The notes: a model not told the origin generated them from the sequence alone. A stretch of DNA of 64,000 nt from an uncultured Erysipelotrichaceae bacterium (GCA_902773675.1 CACYFN010000002.1:1453-65452); one strand, 5' to 3'; shown: positions 13,085-22,132, counted from the stretch's first letter. Translations and numbers: made by a program.

Positions 13085-14017
13085 GTGACACTTTCAAAAT
13101 TAGATATTGAAAATATTGAAAAATTAATTAATATAGAAGAATTAATTCTAAATGTTTATAATGAATTAATTAATTTGGAAATAAATGATAGAAAAATGGA
13201 AATTTATGGAAAATATGATTATTTAAAAAGTTTATATTCTATTGAAAGTAATTCTTTTAAGGAATTTGATGATATAGATAAATATCAAATGATTATTGAA
13301 TATATTGATAATAATTATGATAAAAAAAATCCTATTATTCTACAGCGTATTATTAATCAATTAAATGATATATTTTTAAATTACAAACATCATTTATTAT
13401 ATAATCAAAAAAATATATCAGCTGATGCGATAGTTGAACGTGGTAATGTTATAACTTCTCAAATTAACCAATTTATTACTGACGATATAAATAGTATATT
13501 TAGATTATATTTAATTAATAATATTAAAAATACTAATAATAGTGAAATTAAGAATTCTATGATTCAATATAAGTATTTAAATATATTTTCTAATATTAAT
13601 AATAATAATGAAATATTTAATGTTAATAGTGATAATAATCAAGTTTATCTTTCATATAAGGCCTTATTTCAAGTTTTACACAATAAAAGAAATATACCTG
13701 AATTTGTTTTAAATCAAATTTTATTTGAGAGGATTAATACTATTTTAAATTCATTAATCAATGAATTACTTGATACACCTGATAATAATTTATTTGATTC
13801 ATCACAACTAGCTCAAGCATTTATTATTTCATTTTATATTCAATCTTGTTTAAATTTTGTTAATGATGAGTCAATTCTAATATTTAAGGATGATATTAAT
13901 AAAAATGCTTCAAATTCTATATCAAAAGAGATTTTATTAAATTGTGTTGATAATGTGATTAATGAGGATGAAAATAAACCTAAAATATATAGTATTAGTT
14001 TTTATGAAAAAAAATAA
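13085..14017 (+). CDS. hypothetical protein
   Basis: GTG start with the SD GGGGGAG. N/I-rich and no recognisable domain. Confidence 0.45.
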   Translation: MTLSKLDIENIEKLINIEELILNVYNELINLEINDRKMEIYGKYDYLKSLYSIESNSFKEFDDIDKYQMIIEYIDNNYDKKNPIILQRIINQLNDIFLNYKHHLLYNQKNISADAIVERGNVITSQINQFITDDINSIFRLYLINNIKNTNNSEIKNSMIQYKYLNIFSNINNNNEIFNVNSDNNQVYLSYKALFQVLHNKRNIPEFVLNQILFERINTILNSLINELLDTPDNNLFDSSQLAQAFIISFYIQSCLNFVNDESILIFKDDINKNASNSISKEILLNCVDNVINEDENKPKIYSISFYEKK

Positions 14018-14025
14018 TCTTTTGA

Positions 14026-14649
14026 TTATTTTTTTATGGATTCAATATTAACTAATTTATTTTTTTCATTAAATACTAGTTTTAATACTTCTGGAGAATC
14101 AAAACCATTTAGAATTGTTTTTCCTTTAAATTTAATTACATATTTACTATTAATCATTTCTACACAACACCATTTGGTAAGTAAGAAAGCAATGGAAGAT
14201 GCATGACTAACTATAGCGGCTTTTTTATCTTTATTTTGTTTCATTATTTTAATTAAGCCTCTAATCATACGTTTATTTACTTCACTTCTGGATTCACCAT
14301 TTTCTAATTTATAATCTTCATCTTCTATTTGTCTAATAAAGAAGTTTTGAGGTATTTTTTTTATATTGTCAACACCAAATTTTCTTTCATTAAAATCTTC
14401 ATCAATGTATAATGGTATTTGATTATAATGAGCAATGTATTTAGCTGTTGAAAGTGCTCTTACATAATTACTGGATACTACCATACTTATATCTTTAAGT
14501 TCTTCTAATTTGGCCATTTTTTTAGCTTTTCTTTCTCCATCGACACTTAAGATATATTTTTCATTTTCTAATTGAAATGATTCATTTGTATTTATATATA
14601 ATTTTTCAAAATTACCTCTTGAATGTCTAATTAAATATATAGTTGTCAT
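14026..14649 (-). CDS. histidine phosphatase family protein (phosphoglycerate-mutase-like)
   Basis: N-terminal LIRHSRG (RHG motif) and a later VSHASSIA motif. Confidence 0.6.
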   Translation of the reverse strand: MTTIYLIRHSRGNFEKLYINTNESFQLENEKYILSVDGERKAKKMAKLEELKDISMVVSSNYVRALSTAKYIAHYNQIPLYIDEDFNERKFGVDNIKKIPQNFFIRQIEDEDYKLENGESRSEVNKRMIRGLIKIMKQNKDKKAAIVSHASSIAFLLTKWCCVEMINSKYVIKFKGKTILNGFDSPEVLKLVFNEKNKLVNIESIKK

Positions 14650-14699
14650 ATCATCACCTACTATGATAGTTATATCATAAATTAGTAATTATTTCAAGG

Positions 14700-15536
14700 T
14701 TATTTTTCTTTTAATAATTTATCTATGTTAACTATTTCATATCCTTTGCTATTAATATAATTTATAATACTATCTAATTCTTTTAGTAATTTATTATTAA
14801 TATCAAATGCTAATATTGCTCCATTTTTTAGATTATTTTTTACTTCAGATAATAGATTATTAGTTATTTCTATGGGTTTTATAGTATAATTTTTATATTT
14901 TACACAATATTCAATATTATTGATATTATCTGTATAGTAGCAATATCCTTGTTTTTGATTGGTTAAGCTTTTAATAATTGTATCCATCCAAATAAATGCT
15001 GAGTCACTATAATCTAGGTTATTACTTAAGTTACCAATAATATGTCCTGAATTGATTAATTCAATTACTAAATCGTTATTATCTTCAAACCAATTACTAT
15101 TAATAAAAAATGTTGTTTTTATATTATATTTATTAATTATTTTAAGGATACTATCTACTTTATCATTTACTTTAAAGATTAAACTAATATATCTATTTTT
15201 TTTATTACCATTTATTATATATTTATCTATATTATCATTTAAACTAATATTAGGTTTTATATAATTATATACATACATATCGGGATTATAATTACCATAT
15301 TTTTTCATTTTTTTATAGCTTTTTTTTATATTAACTACTCTACCATAAATACCAGGTATGATTGTATCATTTTCTATAATTGCATCTATTGGTTCTATAT
15401 TAAAATTAGTACTATTTTCTTTAATTTGAAGCATAATATTATCAACATTTTCAAATACTGATGTTGTTTTTTCTGTTATAAAAAAGCTAAAACAGGCTAG
15501 AGATAATAAACCTATTATTTCAAATAATCTTTTCAT
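14700..15536 (-). CDS. polysaccharide deacetylase-like (NodB homology) secreted protein, possibly degenerate
   Basis: Signal peptide, then TFFINSNWFEDNNDLVIELINSGHIIGN, which resembles NodB motifs. The canonical TFDDG motif is not conserved. Confidence 0.4.
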   Translation of the reverse strand: MKRLFEIIGLLSLACFSFFITEKTTSVFENVDNIMLQIKENSTNFNIEPIDAIIENDTIIPGIYGRVVNIKKSYKKMKKYGNYNPDMYVYNYIKPNISLNDNIDKYIINGNKKNRYISLIFKVNDKVDSILKIINKYNIKTTFFINSNWFEDNNDLVIELINSGHIIGNLSNNLDYSDSAFIWMDTIIKSLTNQKQGYCYYTDNINNIEYCVKYKNYTIKPIEITNNLLSEVKNNLKNGAILAFDINNKLLKELDSIINYINSKGYEIVNIDKLLKEK

Positions 15537-15604
15537 AAACCACCTAATAAAATATATGATATAAAAAAAGGAAAATACAATTATTTTCCTTTTAATGTTT
15601 TTTT

Positions 15605-15754
15605 CTATATGGTGCTTAAAAATCTAATGAATGTTCCTGATATTCTACCTAGAGAAAATAATGCTTTAATTATATAAGTTATAATTGGTAATAGTAATAT
15701 AGTTAATGAACTTATTACTATTATTTTGGTTATTTTATTATGAATTAGTTGCAT
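15605..15754 (-). CDS. 49-aa hydrophobic peptide, putative bacteriocin immunity protein
   Basis: MQLIHNKITKIIVISSLTILLLPIITYIIKALFSLGRISGTFIRFLSTI. Its ATG overlaps the 3' end of bacteriocin peptide 1, and the SD is weak. Confidence 0.3.
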   Translation of the reverse strand: MQLIHNKITKIIVISSLTILLLPIITYIIKALFSLGRISGTFIRFLSTI

Positions 15755-15912
15755 ATATTTCCACTAAAGATTCTTCTTACTGATGTTCCAAGGCTTCTTC
15801 CTATTTCTAGTAATACATTACCTGCTCTTACTAATGATGATATAAATGATCCTGTTAATAGGCTTGTACCACCTTTTATTTCCATTAATTCTTCTTTATT
15901 TAATTCTTCCAT
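15745..15912 (-). CDS. class II bacteriocin precursor 1 with a double-glycine leader
   Basis: MEELNKEELMEIKGG|TSLLTGSFISSLVRAGNVLLEIGRSLGTSVRRIFSGNICN. The leader fits the LSxxELxxIxGG consensus, and the SD is a perfect AAGGAGG. Confidence 0.65.
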   Translation of the reverse strand: MEELNKEELMEIKGGTSLLTGSFISSLVRAGNVLLEIGRSLGTSVRRIFSGNICN

Positions 15913-15921
15913 AGATCCTCC

Positions 15922-16062
15922 TTAATTACATTTTAATGGTCTTACTATTCCATCTATAAAACCTACCACAAATGTTACTCCTGCTATTATAAGTAAACAA
16001 GAGCCAATACTTATTCCTCCACCTTGTATTTCTTTTAGTTCTTCTTCTTTTAGTTCTTTCAT
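15922..16062 (-). CDS. class II bacteriocin precursor 2 with a double-glycine leader
   Basis: MKELKEEELKEIQGG|GISIGSCLLIIAGVTFVVGFIDGIVRPLKCN. Its ATG overlaps the stop of the upstream accessory gene as ATGA. Confidence 0.65.
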   Translation of the reverse strand: MKELKEEELKEIQGGGISIGSCLLIIAGVTFVVGFIDGIVRPLKCN

Positions 16063-16496
16063 TGAGTCATCCCTTTCTTTATCTTTTTTATTAATTCTTT
16101 TATGAGTGTGGTTTTTCCTGTTTTAAATCTAATTTTTAAGATATTATTATTTATAAGTAATTCTTTTTCTAATTTGCAATCTACTAATAATTCATAGTAC
16201 GTATCTAATTTGTTTATTTTTATTATTTTATAATCATACTTATTATCTTCTATGTATAGTTTATAATTTTTTTTAATTGGAAATAAAGATTTATCAATTA
16301 TTATTTTTAGATTATAATCTTCTTTTATTTCGACGTATCCAATGGTATTTGTATATTTATTTATTTTAAATAGTATGCTTATTAAAATAAATACAAGAGA
16401 TAAAATACATAGTATGGTAATCCAAGAGATTATTTTTGATGGTTTTTCATTTATTAGTTTCATTTTGGAATAGTTAAAGGCATTAAGATTTTCCAT
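16059..16496 (-). CDS. single-TM accessory protein of the bacteriocin exporter
   Basis: 145 aa counted from MENLNAF, which has the SD AGGAGTG. One TM segment is followed by an extracellular beta-rich region. It is coupled both to the exporter stop and to peptide 2. Confidence 0.45.
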   Translation of the reverse strand: MENLNAFNYSKMKLINEKPSKIISWITILCILSLVFILISILFKINKYTNTIGYVEIKEDYNLKIIIDKSLFPIKKNYKLYIEDNKYDYKIIKINKLDTYYELLVDCKLEKELLINNNILKIRFKTGKTTLIKELIKKIKKGMTQ

Positions 16497-18567
16497 TTTT
16501 ATATTCACTCCTAATAATGCTTCCATCATTTATTTCAATTAGATTATCAAATAGGTCAATATTATCTAGTCTATGGGTTATAAATATTATAGTTTTAGTT
16601 TTATAATATTTAATTATATTTTTTAATATTTTTCTTTCTAAATTGATATCTATTTGATTTGTACCTTCATCTATTATTAGAATATTAAATTTTCTAAGAA
16701 GGGTTCTAGCTAATATTATTCTTTGTTTTTCTCCTCCCGAGATATTATAGCCATTTTCTTCTATCATCATATTGTATCCTAAATTACTTTTATTAATAAT
16801 TTCGTCTATAAAACAATTTTTACACACTTCTAGAAAGAATAAATTATCACTATTTTCAATATTAATATTATTAAATATACTATCTGTAAAAAGGGTTTCA
16901 TTTTGACTTAAATATAAGATATTATTTAATGATTTATCTTTATAATTATTTATATCTACTCCATCTATAAATATTTTATTCATATCTACATCATAATACC
17001 TCATAAGTAGTTTAAATAGAGTTGATTTACCAGAACCACTTTTACCAATAATAACTGTTTTGGTACCACTTTTTATTTTTAAGTTTATATTTTTTAAGAC
17101 ATTATATCTATTATCAAAGGTATATGTTAAGCTTTTAAATTCAATATCTCCTTTAATATTTTTATCAAGTATTCCTTTATCTTTATTAATGCTTATTAGT
17201 TCTAAAACTCTTTTTAATGCATTTTTGGCTTCATTTATATTGTTATCTAATTCGATAATATTTTTTATCGGCTCTAAGAAAAAACTAAGTAATGCATTAA
17301 ATGTTATTAGGCTTCCTAATGATAAGGAATTATCTATTACTTTTAATGTTCCTATAAATATAATTATGACAAATCCAATATTATTTATTAATTCTTTAAT
17401 GAAATGGATTATAAAATATGTACTTTGATAATTAAATACTTCTTTTAGGAGGTGAATGTATTTTTTTTCAAAGTTATCGTTTACTTTGTTTTCGATGTGT
17501 AATCCTTTTATGGTTTCGTATGCTTGTAAGCTTTCTACCATATAGGTACTTACATTACTTTTAGCTATTTGAACTTTATTAATTATGAATTTATATTTAT
17601 TTTTAAAGATTATAATAGTTAATACATGCATGAAAATAATTATTATACTTATTATGGTTAATGTAGAACAAATTTTATACATAAATATTAGTACAAGCAA
17701 AGTGAGTGGAAAATCAATAAAAACAGCTAAAAATAGTTTACTAATGATATCTCTTATACTTGATAGGTCATTAAATCTTGATATAACTTCTCCTGTGGTA
17801 CGATTTTTGAAATAGTGATAAGGGAGTTTAATAATTTTATGATAATTATCCACTATTAAGTTTAGATCAATTTTTTGATTGATGTAAATTAGTATTTTAT
17901 TTCTAAAATAATCTGTTATTGTTTTAAGCACATATATAGAAAAGAAAAATATAAATATTAGATATGTATTATTATGAGAATGATTATTTATTTCATCAAT
18001 CATATATTGTATATAAAAGGAATTTATTATAGAAAAGATAGTAATAAATATTGATAACATTAGTAATTGTTTTAATAAGATGTGGTGGTTTTTTATTATT
18101 TCAAATATGAATGAATAAATATTTACACTATTTTCTATAGGAAGTGGTTTTATAGGAGTTAAAAATATTAATATTTTATTAAATACTAATTTGAAGTAAT
18201 CAAATGATACTTTTTTTAGTTTGTCGGCAGGATCACCAATTATTAAATATTTATTTTTATAGTTTATTTCATAAATAACTATAAAGTGCAGATAAGAATT
18301 ATCTATAGTTATATTGGCGATACAAGGGAACAATACATTCTCATTATTTATATCATCAAATTCACATTTAACTCCTCTAGCATCAAATCCTATTTGTTTG
18401 GCAGCATTTATCAGATTATAAGCATTTGTACCCTCTTTATTTGTTTTAGTTATTTGTCTTAACTGTTCGAGATTTAGAAATCCATGGTAATACTTGATAA
18501 TCATCTGTAATGATGCTGCTCCACAATCTTTTATTCCTTCTTGTTTAATGAATGGATATTTTTTCAA
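16483..18567 (-). CDS. bacteriocin-processing ABC transporter with a peptidase C39 domain, TM domain and ATPase
   Basis: The N-terminus IKQEGIKDCGAASLQMIIKYYHG carries the C39 catalytic Cys. The C-terminus has Walker A (GKSGSGKST) and the ABC signature LSGGEKQR. The start is TTG behind the SD GAGGGGG. Confidence 0.85.
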   Translation of the reverse strand: MKKYPFIKQEGIKDCGAASLQMIIKYYHGFLNLEQLRQITKTNKEGTNAYNLINAAKQIGFDARGVKCEFDDINNENVLFPCIANITIDNSYLHFIVIYEINYKNKYLIIGDPADKLKKVSFDYFKLVFNKILIFLTPIKPLPIENSVNIYSFIFEIIKNHHILLKQLLMLSIFITIFSIINSFYIQYMIDEINNHSHNNTYLIFIFFFSIYVLKTITDYFRNKILIYINQKIDLNLIVDNYHKIIKLPYHYFKNRTTGEVISRFNDLSSIRDIISKLFLAVFIDFPLTLLVLIFMYKICSTLTIISIIIIFMHVLTIIIFKNKYKFIINKVQIAKSNVSTYMVESLQAYETIKGLHIENKVNDNFEKKYIHLLKEVFNYQSTYFIIHFIKELINNIGFVIIIFIGTLKVIDNSLSLGSLITFNALLSFFLEPIKNIIELDNNINEAKNALKRVLELISINKDKGILDKNIKGDIEFKSLTYTFDNRYNVLKNINLKIKSGTKTVIIGKSGSGKSTLFKLLMRYYDVDMNKIFIDGVDINNYKDKSLNNILYLSQNETLFTDSIFNNINIENSDNLFFLEVCKNCFIDEIINKSNLGYNMMIEENGYNISGGEKQRIILARTLLRKFNILIIDEGTNQIDINLERKILKNIIKYYKTKTIIFITHRLDNIDLFDNLIEINDGSIIRSEYKNGKS

Positions 18568-18580
18568 TTATCTCACCCCC

Positions 18581-18624
18581 TCATGTATATTATTCGACAA
18601 AACTTTTCGATTTCCTTTTTTTTT
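18581..18624 (-). promoter_or_regulatory. copy 1 of a conserved promoter/leader module, located upstream of the bacteriocin exporter
   Basis: Plus-strand sequence tcatgtatattattcgacaaaacttttcgatttccttttttttt. Read on the minus strand it runs straight into the exporter SD and its TTG start. Confidence 0.45.
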
Positions 18625-18677
18625 CTTAAAAAAATTGAAAAAAAATGAAATTTCTTTATTGAATGCAAAAAAAAAGA

Positions 18678-18932
18678 CTATTTTTCAAATAATCCTTCGC
18701 ATAATTCATCCATGGTCATATCTAACATTAGAGCTATTTTATACATTGAATAGAATGATAAATTCTTTTTGCCACCTCTACTTACGATATGTCTTAGATA
18801 TTCATAGGACATTCCTATTTCTTCTGATAGATTCATTAGATTTATATTATCTTCTTTACATTTTTTTCTAATGTTAGCTCCTACTATATTTTGAACTTCG
18901 TCTACTTTTTTTATTTCTTTTAATCCATTCAT
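18678..18932 (-). CDS. XRE-family HTH transcriptional regulator
   Basis: HTH segment LSEEIGMSYEYLRHIVSRGG. The start is set at MNGLKE (18930-18932), which has the SD GGTGG. Confidence 0.6.
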   Translation of the reverse strand: MNGLKEIKKVDEVQNIVGANIRKKCKEDNINLMNLSEEIGMSYEYLRHIVSRGGKKNLSFYSMYKIALMLDMTMDELCEGLFEK

Positions 18933-19039
18933 ATTTCCACCAAGTATATTATATAATAAACAAATTTTGGTGTCTGCAAACAATTATTTTGCATTTTTTT
19001 ATGAATATATAAATAAGTATTTAATATAATATAATAGAT

Positions 19040-19570
19040 TTGGAGGCAAATATGATTAATAAAAGAAGCTTATGGTTTTTTACTTTATTTAGTTTAATTC
19101 TGGTACTTAGTATTTATTATATTACGATGCCAAGTGAAATGTTACTTAATAATAATTCTAAAAGTACTACTAAAAAAGAAAGTGTTAATAACTCTAATGA
19201 ACAAGTGACAGTAAATATTGAGGAAAGTGATTTACTAGCTGCTTTAAGAGTAGAATCTGATAGTGAGATGGAAAGTGAGATTGAAAATTTAAAGATGGTT
19301 TTAACTGATGATAAAACTAGTACTGATGATAAAAATAAGGCTTATGAAAAGATTAAAAAATTAAATAATAATCGGAGTGAGGAAGAAAATTTAGAAAAGA
19401 AAGTAAAGGATGAATTTAATTTGGATGCATTTATAAAGATTGAAGATGATCAAATTAAGGTTACTATTGATAGTGATATTCATGATAATAGTTTAGCTAA
19501 TAAGATTATGAGAAGTATACAAAGTAATTATGATACTAATAAATATATATCGGTTAAATTTCAAAAATAG
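19040..19570 (+). CDS. spoIIIAH: stage III sporulation protein AH family protein, encoded outside any spoIIIA operon
   Basis: The N-terminal TM helix KRSLWFFTLFSLILVLSIYYITMPSE and the C-terminal ...NLDAFIKIEDDQIKVTI...ISVKFQK closely match SpoIIIAH. Confidence 0.6.
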   Translation: MEANMINKRSLWFFTLFSLILVLSIYYITMPSEMLLNNNSKSTTKKESVNNSNEQVTVNIEESDLLAALRVESDSEMESEIENLKMVLTDDKTSTDDKNKAYEKIKKLNNNRSEEENLEKKVKDEFNLDAFIKIEDDQIKVTIDSDIHDNSLANKIMRSIQSNYDTNKYISVKFQK

Positions 19571-19671
19571 TTTTTATTAACTATTTTTTAGGCATTTATT
19601 ATCACTTTCTATTTAATAGTTCATACAATAATATGAGAAAATATAGCCACTGTTATAGAAAGTGAGGTAAC

Positions 19672-19875
19672 ATGAAAGGGATATTAACAAAAAGAGAAAA
19701 AGAAGTTTTTAATTTATTGATTGTTAATAAAACTACTAAGGAAATTGCTGATGAGTTAAATATTAGTGAGAAAACTGTTAGAAATCATATTTCTAATGTG
19801 ATGCAGAAACTTGGGGTTAAAGGACGTGCTAGTGCGGTTGTAGAGCTTTTAAAATTAAAGGAAATTTCTCTTTAA
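19672..19875 (+). CDS. gerE: LuxR-type sporulation transcription factor GerE
   Basis: LTKREKEVFNLLIVNKTTKEIADELNISEKTVRNHISNVMQKLGVKGRASAVVELL is close to identical to GerE. Confidence 0.8.
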   Translation: MKGILTKREKEVFNLLIVNKTTKEIADELNISEKTVRNHISNVMQKLGVKGRASAVVELLKLKEISL

Positions 19876-19925
19876 AAAGTGCATTATATTGTACTTTTTT
19901 TCATATTATTTTATAGGGTGATGTT

Positions 19926-20861
19926 GTGATAAAAAGAATATATATTAAGAAAATATTGGTATCTTCTGTAGCTTTATTTGCATTTTTTTTAATATATTTT
20001 ATTCCTAATGATAAAAAGATGGATTTAACTATTAAGCAAGAGGTTAAATATGTTAATAGTGATATTACTACACATAACATATATTTACTTGATAAGGATA
20101 ATTATGTAGCTAAAACAGAAATAGTTATTAATGATAATGAAATAGAAAATGTAGCTAAATATTTATTAACTGCTTTAATTATTGATGGAGAATATGAAGA
20201 TAAGATTCCTAATGGATTTAGAGCTTTAATACCTAGTGATACTAATATTTTAGATATTGAATATAAAGATAATTTAGTAAAAGTTAATTTTTCTGATTCT
20301 TTACTTGATACGGAAATGGAAGAGCAAGTAATTGAAGCAATTATTTATACTTTAACTAGTATTAATGGTGTTGATAAGGTAATAATACTTATTGATGGTA
20401 AAATATTAACTAAGTTACCTAAAAGTAATATTAATTTACCTAGTACTTTAGATAGAAGTTTTGGTATTAATAAAGAATATGATGTTAATAAAAATAAAAA
20501 TATTAGTAAGACTACTATTTATTATGTTAATAAGTATAATGATTTAGAATATTATGTACCTGTTACTAAGATTAATAATGATGAAAGGGATAAAATAGAA
20601 ATTATTATTGATGAACTTAGTAGTAAGAATATTTATAGAACTAATTTAATGAGTTATTTAAATAGTAATACTAAGGTATTATCGGTTAATGAAGATAATA
20701 ATTCGATGATGATTGATTTTAATGATTATATTTTTAATGATATTGAAAGTAAAGATATTTTAGAGGAAGTTATTTATACTATATGTTTATCTATTTATGA
20801 TAATTATAAGGTTAATGAGGTTGTTTTTAGGGTAAATAATGAAGAAATTTATAAAAATTAG
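19926..20861 (+). CDS. GerM-like lipoprotein with GerMN domains
   Basis: GTG start with the SD AGGGTGATG. N-terminal anchor and a two-lobed architecture that resembles GerM. Confidence 0.35.
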   Translation: MIKRIYIKKILVSSVALFAFFLIYFIPNDKKMDLTIKQEVKYVNSDITTHNIYLLDKDNYVAKTEIVINDNEIENVAKYLLTALIIDGEYEDKIPNGFRALIPSDTNILDIEYKDNLVKVNFSDSLLDTEMEEQVIEAIIYTLTSINGVDKVIILIDGKILTKLPKSNINLPSTLDRSFGINKEYDVNKNKNISKTTIYYVNKYNDLEYYVPVTKINNDERDKIEIIIDELSSKNIYRTNLMSYLNSNTKVLSVNEDNNSMMIDFNDYIFNDIESKDILEEVIYTICLSIYDNYKVNEVVFRVNNEEIYKN

Positions 20862-20911
20862 AAAAAAGTACTTGAATAATAAGTACTTTTATTGTATAAT
20901 TACTTTGTTAC

Positions 20912-20988
20912 GTCTCAGTAGCTCAGCTGGATAGAGCATCGCCCTTCTAAGGCGAGTGTCAGGGGTTCGAATCCCTTCTGGGACACCA
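20912..20988 (+). tRNA. tRNA-Arg, anticodon TCT
   Basis: Cloverleaf with acceptor stem GTCTCAG/CTGGGAC, anticodon loop CTTCTAA and encoded CCA. Confidence 0.85.
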
Positions 20989-21000
20989 TTTAGAATATTT

Positions 21001-21030
21001 TAGAGAACTTGCAAAAAGTTCTTTTTTATG
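21001..21030 (+). terminator. rho-independent terminator after tRNA-Arg
   Basis: Stem agaactt/aagttct followed by tttttat. Confidence 0.6.
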
Positions 21031-21054
21031 TTATTATGTATTTAGCAAGAGTTC

Positions 21055-21170
21055 TTGCATATAATAAAAAAGGGAACATTCAGTTTTCCGAGTTGAATGC
21101 CTACCCATATTAATTGTTGAGACATTTAATTCAGCATTGAATTAAGTGTCATTTTTTTATTACTACTATC
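21055..21170 (+). ncRNA. candidate cis-antisense RNA convergent with the small-peptide mRNA
   Basis: A TATAAT box at 21060-21065 and a terminator (ttaattca/tgaattaa plus T-run) at 21132-21165. The block aaaaaagggaacattc is shared with the antisense region of the second cassette. Confidence 0.3.
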
Positions 21171-21241
21171 ATGATAATAAGAAGGAATAAAATGATAGTA
21201 ATGTATCTTAGAACTTTGATTACAAAGTTTCTTTTTTTCAT
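21149..21241 (-). CDS. 30-aa hydrophobic peptide, type I toxin-like
   Basis: MKKRNFVIKVLRYITIILFLLIIMIVVIKK with the SD GGAGG. It is a paralog of the peptide at 30756-30857. Confidence 0.45.
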   Translation of the reverse strand: MKKRNFVIKVLRYITIILFLLIIMIVVIKK

Positions 21242-21339
21242 TATTATCAAACCTCCTCTCTATTTGAGATTTGGTAGACACTTAACTACTAAATGTTCCT
21301 ATATATATTATACTATTTATGAAAGATAAATTCGATCTT

Positions 21340-21777
21340 TTATTGTTCACTTCCATTAAAATGTTTGATAAATACGGATGTATCTCTTATGATATATCCT
21401 CTATTTTTATAGAATCTATGTGCTTCTACTCTTTTATTTCCTGATGTAAATTTCATATAGTCAATATTATAGATACTAGCATATTCTTCTAATTTTTTTA
21501 ATAGTGAATCTCCTATTCCTTGACAACGATAATCTTCATGGACACAGAAATAGTTTAGATAGAAATATTTTTCATCGGTAAATAAGTCATTGTGTATTTC
21601 TACTAAGGCATGTCCTATTACTAAATCATTATCTAGTGCTACTATATCAATAATATTTTTATTATCTAATAGATTTTTTAGACAATATTTTTTTATTTCT
21701 CTTTTAAATATACCATTTAATAAAGTATATAATCCTTCTATATCTTTTGATTCTAATTTTTTTATTTCATAATTCAT
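21340..21777 (-). CDS. GNAT family N-acetyltransferase
   Basis: Motif A CQGIGDSLLKKLEEYA. Confidence 0.7.
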   Translation of the reverse strand: MNYEIKKLESKDIEGLYTLLNGIFKREIKKYCLKNLLDNKNIIDIVALDNDLVIGHALVEIHNDLFTDEKYFYLNYFCVHEDYRCQGIGDSLLKKLEEYASIYNIDYMKFTSGNKRVEAHRFYKNRGYIIRDTSVFIKHFNGSEQ

Positions 21778-21829
21778 ATTATCACCTTTTTTCTATAATT
21801 TCATAAAATACTATGAAAGGAGTCTAATT

Positions 21830-22072
21830 ATGTATCAAAATTATAATAAGCAACAATTCTATAATCAGAAACCTAATAATAATTATCAACAATTTTATAA
21901 TCCAAATAATAATGATGATCGTTTTATTGGTGGAGGTTTTTTAGGACCATTTATTCTAGGTGGGTTAACTGGTGGTTTGGTTGCTCCATTTTTCTATGGT
22001 AATAGACCTAATTATAATTATTATTATCCATATCCTGCTACATATTATTATGGTGGAGGTTATTATCGATAA
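21830..22072 (+). CDS. Tyr/Gly/Asn-rich low-complexity small protein, possibly a spore-coat-like protein
   Basis: MYQNYNKQQFYNQKPNNNYQQFYNP...GGGYYR. Confidence 0.35.
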   Translation: MYQNYNKQQFYNQKPNNNYQQFYNPNNNDDRFIGGGFLGPFILGGLTGGLVAPFFYGNRPNYNYYYPYPATYYYGGGYYR

Positions 22073-22132
22073 CTATATTTATTATAACATAAAGTTAAGG
22101 AAATCCTTAATTTTTTTATGAAAAAAGAAGCT

